The position numbers and the translations under genes were made by a program. A DNA stretch of 64,000 bases from Octopus sinensis (lineage: Eukaryota). Shown here in pieces: positions 63,301 through 64,000 of the stretch (within the stretch, counting starts at the first letter, position 1; every line of letters begins with the position of its first letter). The notes beneath the pieces were generated by a model. That model saw only the letters and a list, made by a program, of their open reading frames with translations, had not been told where the DNA came from and ran no database searches. The stretch spans positions 7,378,001 through 7,442,000 of the forward strand of contig NC_043011.1 in NCBI RefSeq assembly GCF_006345805.1, written 5' to 3'.

Positions 63301-63497
63301 ACTGGTTGGCTGATCTTTCTCCAAGGGGTCTCGGACAATCTTGCAGCATGATGGTCAACTACAGATATTTCTTGGACGAGTCTGAGAAGAACAGCCTCAA
63401 CTATTTAGAATGTCAACAGATCCCAGCTTCCAGTCAAGTAACAGATTTGGTGGCTGATGTGAAGAAAGATTTTTCCACAGACAATGCTCCAGTTTAA
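29657..63497 (+). CDS. MLYCD: Malonyl-CoA decarboxylase, spliced CDS join(29657-29794,34574-34714,37550-37687,43657-43809,46025-46189,46875-47004,50695-50853,58824-59057,63259-63497); 5' start exon not found
   Basis: Nine exons, all bounded by AG/GT, with compatible phases (0,0,0,0,0,1,1,1). Total 1497 nt = 498 aa + TAA. Translation carries MLYCD motifs: [129 protein letters not shown]. Confidence 0.96.
30295..30353 (+). ncRNA. HHR-like motif, sense strand of the MLYCD intron after exon A
   Basis: auaa CUGAAGA GAUG..CAUC c GAAA CUCGGAG UU uuau: canonical boxes, 4-bp stem I, one extra nucleotide before G12. Confidence 0.55.
30404..30826 (+). mobile_element. tRNA-derived SINE family B (CORE-like); full or partial copies at 10865-11000, 17990-18180, 18550-18690, 31098-31250, 36635-36880, 36998-37460, 39537-39950 (-), 40900-41135, 44810-44950, 45500-45899 (-), 48620-48760, 51290-51655, 52870-53030, 57870-58210, 59350-59750, 62570-62875
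   Basis: Head ggagtggctgtgtggtaag..gggttcagtccc; CORE-like ccttgggcaagtgtctt; internal TA/TG microsatellite; tail gcagtcaaatgactgaaacaagtaaaagag. Confidence 0.85.
33694..33855 (-). mobile_element. Second, different R4/Dong-type 3' end
   Basis: [25 protein letters not shown] plus a short UTR; (TAA)n on both sides. Confidence 0.7.
33900..34220 (-). mobile_element. R4/Dong-type non-LTR element 3' end (RLE C-terminus)
   Basis: [31 protein letters not shown]...[19 protein letters not shown]; (TAA)n on both sides. Confidence 0.8.
34574..34714 (+). CDS. MLYCD: MLYCD coding exon B ([13 protein letters not shown]...RDYGINQE...SSK)
   Basis: ttcag|AGA, AAG|gtatgt; 141 nt; matches the N-terminal helical domain pattern (C..F..FY..L...L...YG). 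Confidence 0.9.
35218..35255 (+). ncRNA. HHR-like motif with CCGAUGA core, in the 35150-35286 foldback
   Basis: cugu CCGAUGA A CG gcaa CG G GAAA UUCAGAG UA acag: 4-bp stem I, tetraloop stem II closed by an A.G mismatch. Confidence 0.5.
35916..36266 (-). mobile_element. Penelope-like element 3' fragment: GIY-YIG endonuclease domain
   Basis: [40 protein letters not shown]...[13 protein letters not shown]: IY..YVG motif with an inserted CxxC; begins abruptly at a (TA)n tract. Confidence 0.85.
37550..37687 (+). CDS. MLYCD: MLYCD coding exon C ([21 protein letters not shown]...[14 protein letters not shown])
   Basis: tacag|ACA, TTG|gtaagt; 138 nt. Confidence 0.95.
39972..40026 (-). ncRNA. Degenerate mirror HHR, left arm of the same palindrome
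   Basis: gucu CUGAUUA GGG..CCCA GAGA CAAUUG UA aga: both boxes mutated. Confidence 0.45.
40373..40428 (+). ncRNA. HHR-like motif, right arm of the 39473-40516 palindrome
   Basis: gucu CUGAUGA cGGaAUAUCCC..GGGAUAUCCca GAAA CAGCUG UA agac: perfect 4-bp stem I, palindromic stem III. Confidence 0.55.
41196..41291 (-). ncRNA. HHR-like motif with canonical boxes
   Basis: CUGACGA GAUACA..UGUGUU GAAA CAACUG UC; 6-bp stem II with wobbles; stem I weak. Confidence 0.45.
41632..41822. ncRNA. Back-to-back degenerate HHR pair (41632-41709 minus; 41770-41822 plus) in the 41610-41843 palindrome
   Basis: cttcatcagagc..gaatatgaaatgcaatttat / ataaattgcatttcatattc..gctctgatgaag; GAAACAGCUGUG on plus, GAAACGACUGUA on minus. 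Confidence 0.45.
42687..42849. repeat. Foldback with ~42-bp arms
   Basis: cttataaacaagagcaaaagaaaaaaattctaatgccaaata mirrored at 42806-42849. Confidence 0.7.
42999..43059 (-). ncRNA. Mirror HHR-like motif, left arm of 42961-43540
   Basis: Identical to the right-arm motif except one substitution in stem III (GAAACACAGAGUU). Confidence 0.5.
43442..43502 (+). ncRNA. HHR-like motif with CCGAAGA core, right arm of the 42961-43540 inverted repeat
   Basis: gauaa CCGAAGA GAUG..CAUC u GAAA CUCAGAG UU uuauc: perfect 5-bp stem I; same family as 30295. Confidence 0.55.
43657..43809 (+). CDS. MLYCD: MLYCD coding exon D (HEMT...[23 protein letters not shown])
   Basis: tgcag|CAT, AAG|gtacgt; 153 nt. Confidence 0.96.
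46025..46189 (+). CDS. MLYCD: MLYCD coding exon E ([21 protein letters not shown]...SSIH)
   Basis: cacag|ATC, CAT|gtaagt; 165 nt. Confidence 0.97.
46875..47004 (+). CDS. MLYCD: MLYCD coding exon F (SIIKSNIRR...[12 protein letters not shown])
   Basis: ttcag|TCT, AAAG|gtattt; 130 nt, ends phase 1. Confidence 0.95.
47818..48305 (+). mobile_element. About 480-bp non-coding LINE 3' UTR-like repeat in (TAA)n, copy 1
   Basis: Near-identical inverted copy at 50034-50510; (TAA)n on both sides. Confidence 0.75.
48992..49225 (+). repeat. 26-bp minisatellite (gcacctgtgctggtgttgcgtaatta) x ~8
   Basis: Six near-perfect units then decaying ones; the unit resembles the gcacctgtgccggtggcac repeat of the adjacent RTE 3' UTR. 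Confidence 0.9.
49700..50000 (-). mobile_element. Degenerate R4/Dong-type 3' fragment
   Basis: [28 protein letters not shown] resembles the MW.MKT..VPVIIGALG motif; abuts (TAA)n. Confidence 0.55.
50034..50590 (-). mobile_element. Same repeat, copy 2 (longer), inverted; abuts the (TTA)n(TTG)n tract before exon G
   Basis: Reverse complement of 47818-48300 plus about 80 bp more 5' sequence. Confidence 0.75.
50695..50853 (+). CDS. MLYCD: MLYCD coding exon G ([24 protein letters not shown]...SLSPVPGF...)
   Basis: tatag|GT, ATTC|gtaagg; 159 nt. Confidence 0.96.
51935..52370 (-). mobile_element. CR1/L2-group LINE ORF2 C-terminal fragment
   Basis: [13 protein letters not shown]...HPRL...GPALFN...[21 protein letters not shown]...NSLLKW resembles C-termini of CR1/L2-group elements; clade uncertain. 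Confidence 0.6.
53623..57295 (-). mobile_element. Near full-length RTE LINE with (GAT)n tail, antisense in MLYCD intron G-H
   Basis: APE (CIQEVRW, AYAPQ, GDF, IDYIL) at 56480-57202; RT ([22 protein letters not shown]) at 54883-56364; C-terminus 54256-54739; 3' UTR ends aacgatgatgat at 53623. Confidence 0.93.
58824..59057 (+). CDS. MLYCD: MLYCD coding exon H ([11 protein letters not shown]...[22 protein letters not shown])
   Basis: tccag|AT, GTTG|gtgagc; 234 nt. Confidence 0.96.
59975..60281 (-). mobile_element. tRNA-derived SINE, third family (degenerate head also at 44080-44135)
   Basis: Head gtgcaatggcccagtggttagggcagtggactcgcggtcgtaggattgcggtttcgattcccag has A and B boxes followed by a non-tRNA body. 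Confidence 0.75.
60568..60678 (-). ncRNA. Type I minimal hammerhead ribozyme motif, fully canonical core
   Basis: RNA 5'-ucu CUGAAGA GGC[long hairpin]GCC GAAA CAGCUG UC aga: G10.1-C11.1 pair, palindromic stem III (ACAGCUGU), GUC cleavage triplet, 3-bp stem I. Confidence 0.75.
61650..61767. repeat. Short foldback (43-bp arms); a third arm copy lies at 62077-62117
   Basis: gaaagggaagaatgctactgctatttagccccaggaaacactg and its reverse complement. Confidence 0.75.
61954..61990 (+). ncRNA. Compact 37-nt HHR-like motif with G at the cleavage position
   Basis: aga CUGAUGA AGAG caauga CUCU GAAA CUAG U G ucu: all three stems pair, but N17 = G. Confidence 0.55.
63259..63497 (+). CDS. MLYCD: MLYCD last coding exon ([19 protein letters not shown]...STDNAPV*)
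   Basis: cgcag|CA; stop TAA at 63495-63497. Confidence 0.96.
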
Positions 63498-64000
63498 GAC
63501 ACACACACCTACATACATTCAATCACACACAGACACGTGTGTGTGTATTTGATGGAGAATGTAACTTAAAGGTTCCTGAAGAACTCAACTACATAACCAT
63601 AACCTTTCTAGGATTACTGCTTTTATATATATGTATATATATATATATACATGCATGTATATATATATACATGCATGTATATATGTGTGTATATGCATAC
63701 ATAAGTAAACAACAGGTTGTGCAGTGCAGTGTATATATATACATACATACATAGAGAGAGAGTTGGTATATCTGATGTAACAACCTTATACTGTGGATAA
63801 TAAATTAACAAAGGTGTATAGAATCTGACTGAGATGGATTAATAAAAATAACATCAAAAAATTGATGACCGTTTGAACAAATAAATTGATGACTAAAGCT
63901 GTTCCTTCACTCATCTGTTTGCTTATCAATGCTGTGCATATTAGTTGCTTTGACCCTTTATTTTTTACATTATTTACATTTGACAGATATCTGTCCTCAT

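Overview
Repeat-saturated eukaryotic genomic DNA, very likely octopus or another cephalopod (inferred from the SINE/LINE families and the TA/CAT/TAA microsatellite load). One host gene is supported: malonyl-CoA decarboxylase (MLYCD) on +, with 9 GT-AG coding exons between 29657 and 63497 that splice in frame to 498 aa. Its start exon was not located and it lacks the C-terminal SKL. The rest is mobile DNA: a triple nest of Tx1/L1-clade LINEs (19250-26620), two RTE LINEs, a Gypsy pol fragment, R4/Dong 3' ends in (TAA)n tracts, a Penelope GIY-YIG fragment, MITEs/foldbacks, a Helentron-type HINE and dozens of tRNA-SINEs. The most unusual signal, read by eye, is about 14 minimal type I hammerhead-ribozyme (HHR)-like motifs from several unrelated families. 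Most sit in short non-coding palindromic elements carrying one or two outward-facing ribozymes, and a CCGANGA (U4->C) core variant recurs in four families. Second is repeated insertion of Tx1 elements, one of them ORF1-only, at the same 18-bp site inside ORF1 of a third Tx1. Third, the Tx1 3' tail matches the tail of the commonest SINE in the window. All calls are manual; no database search or folding program was run.
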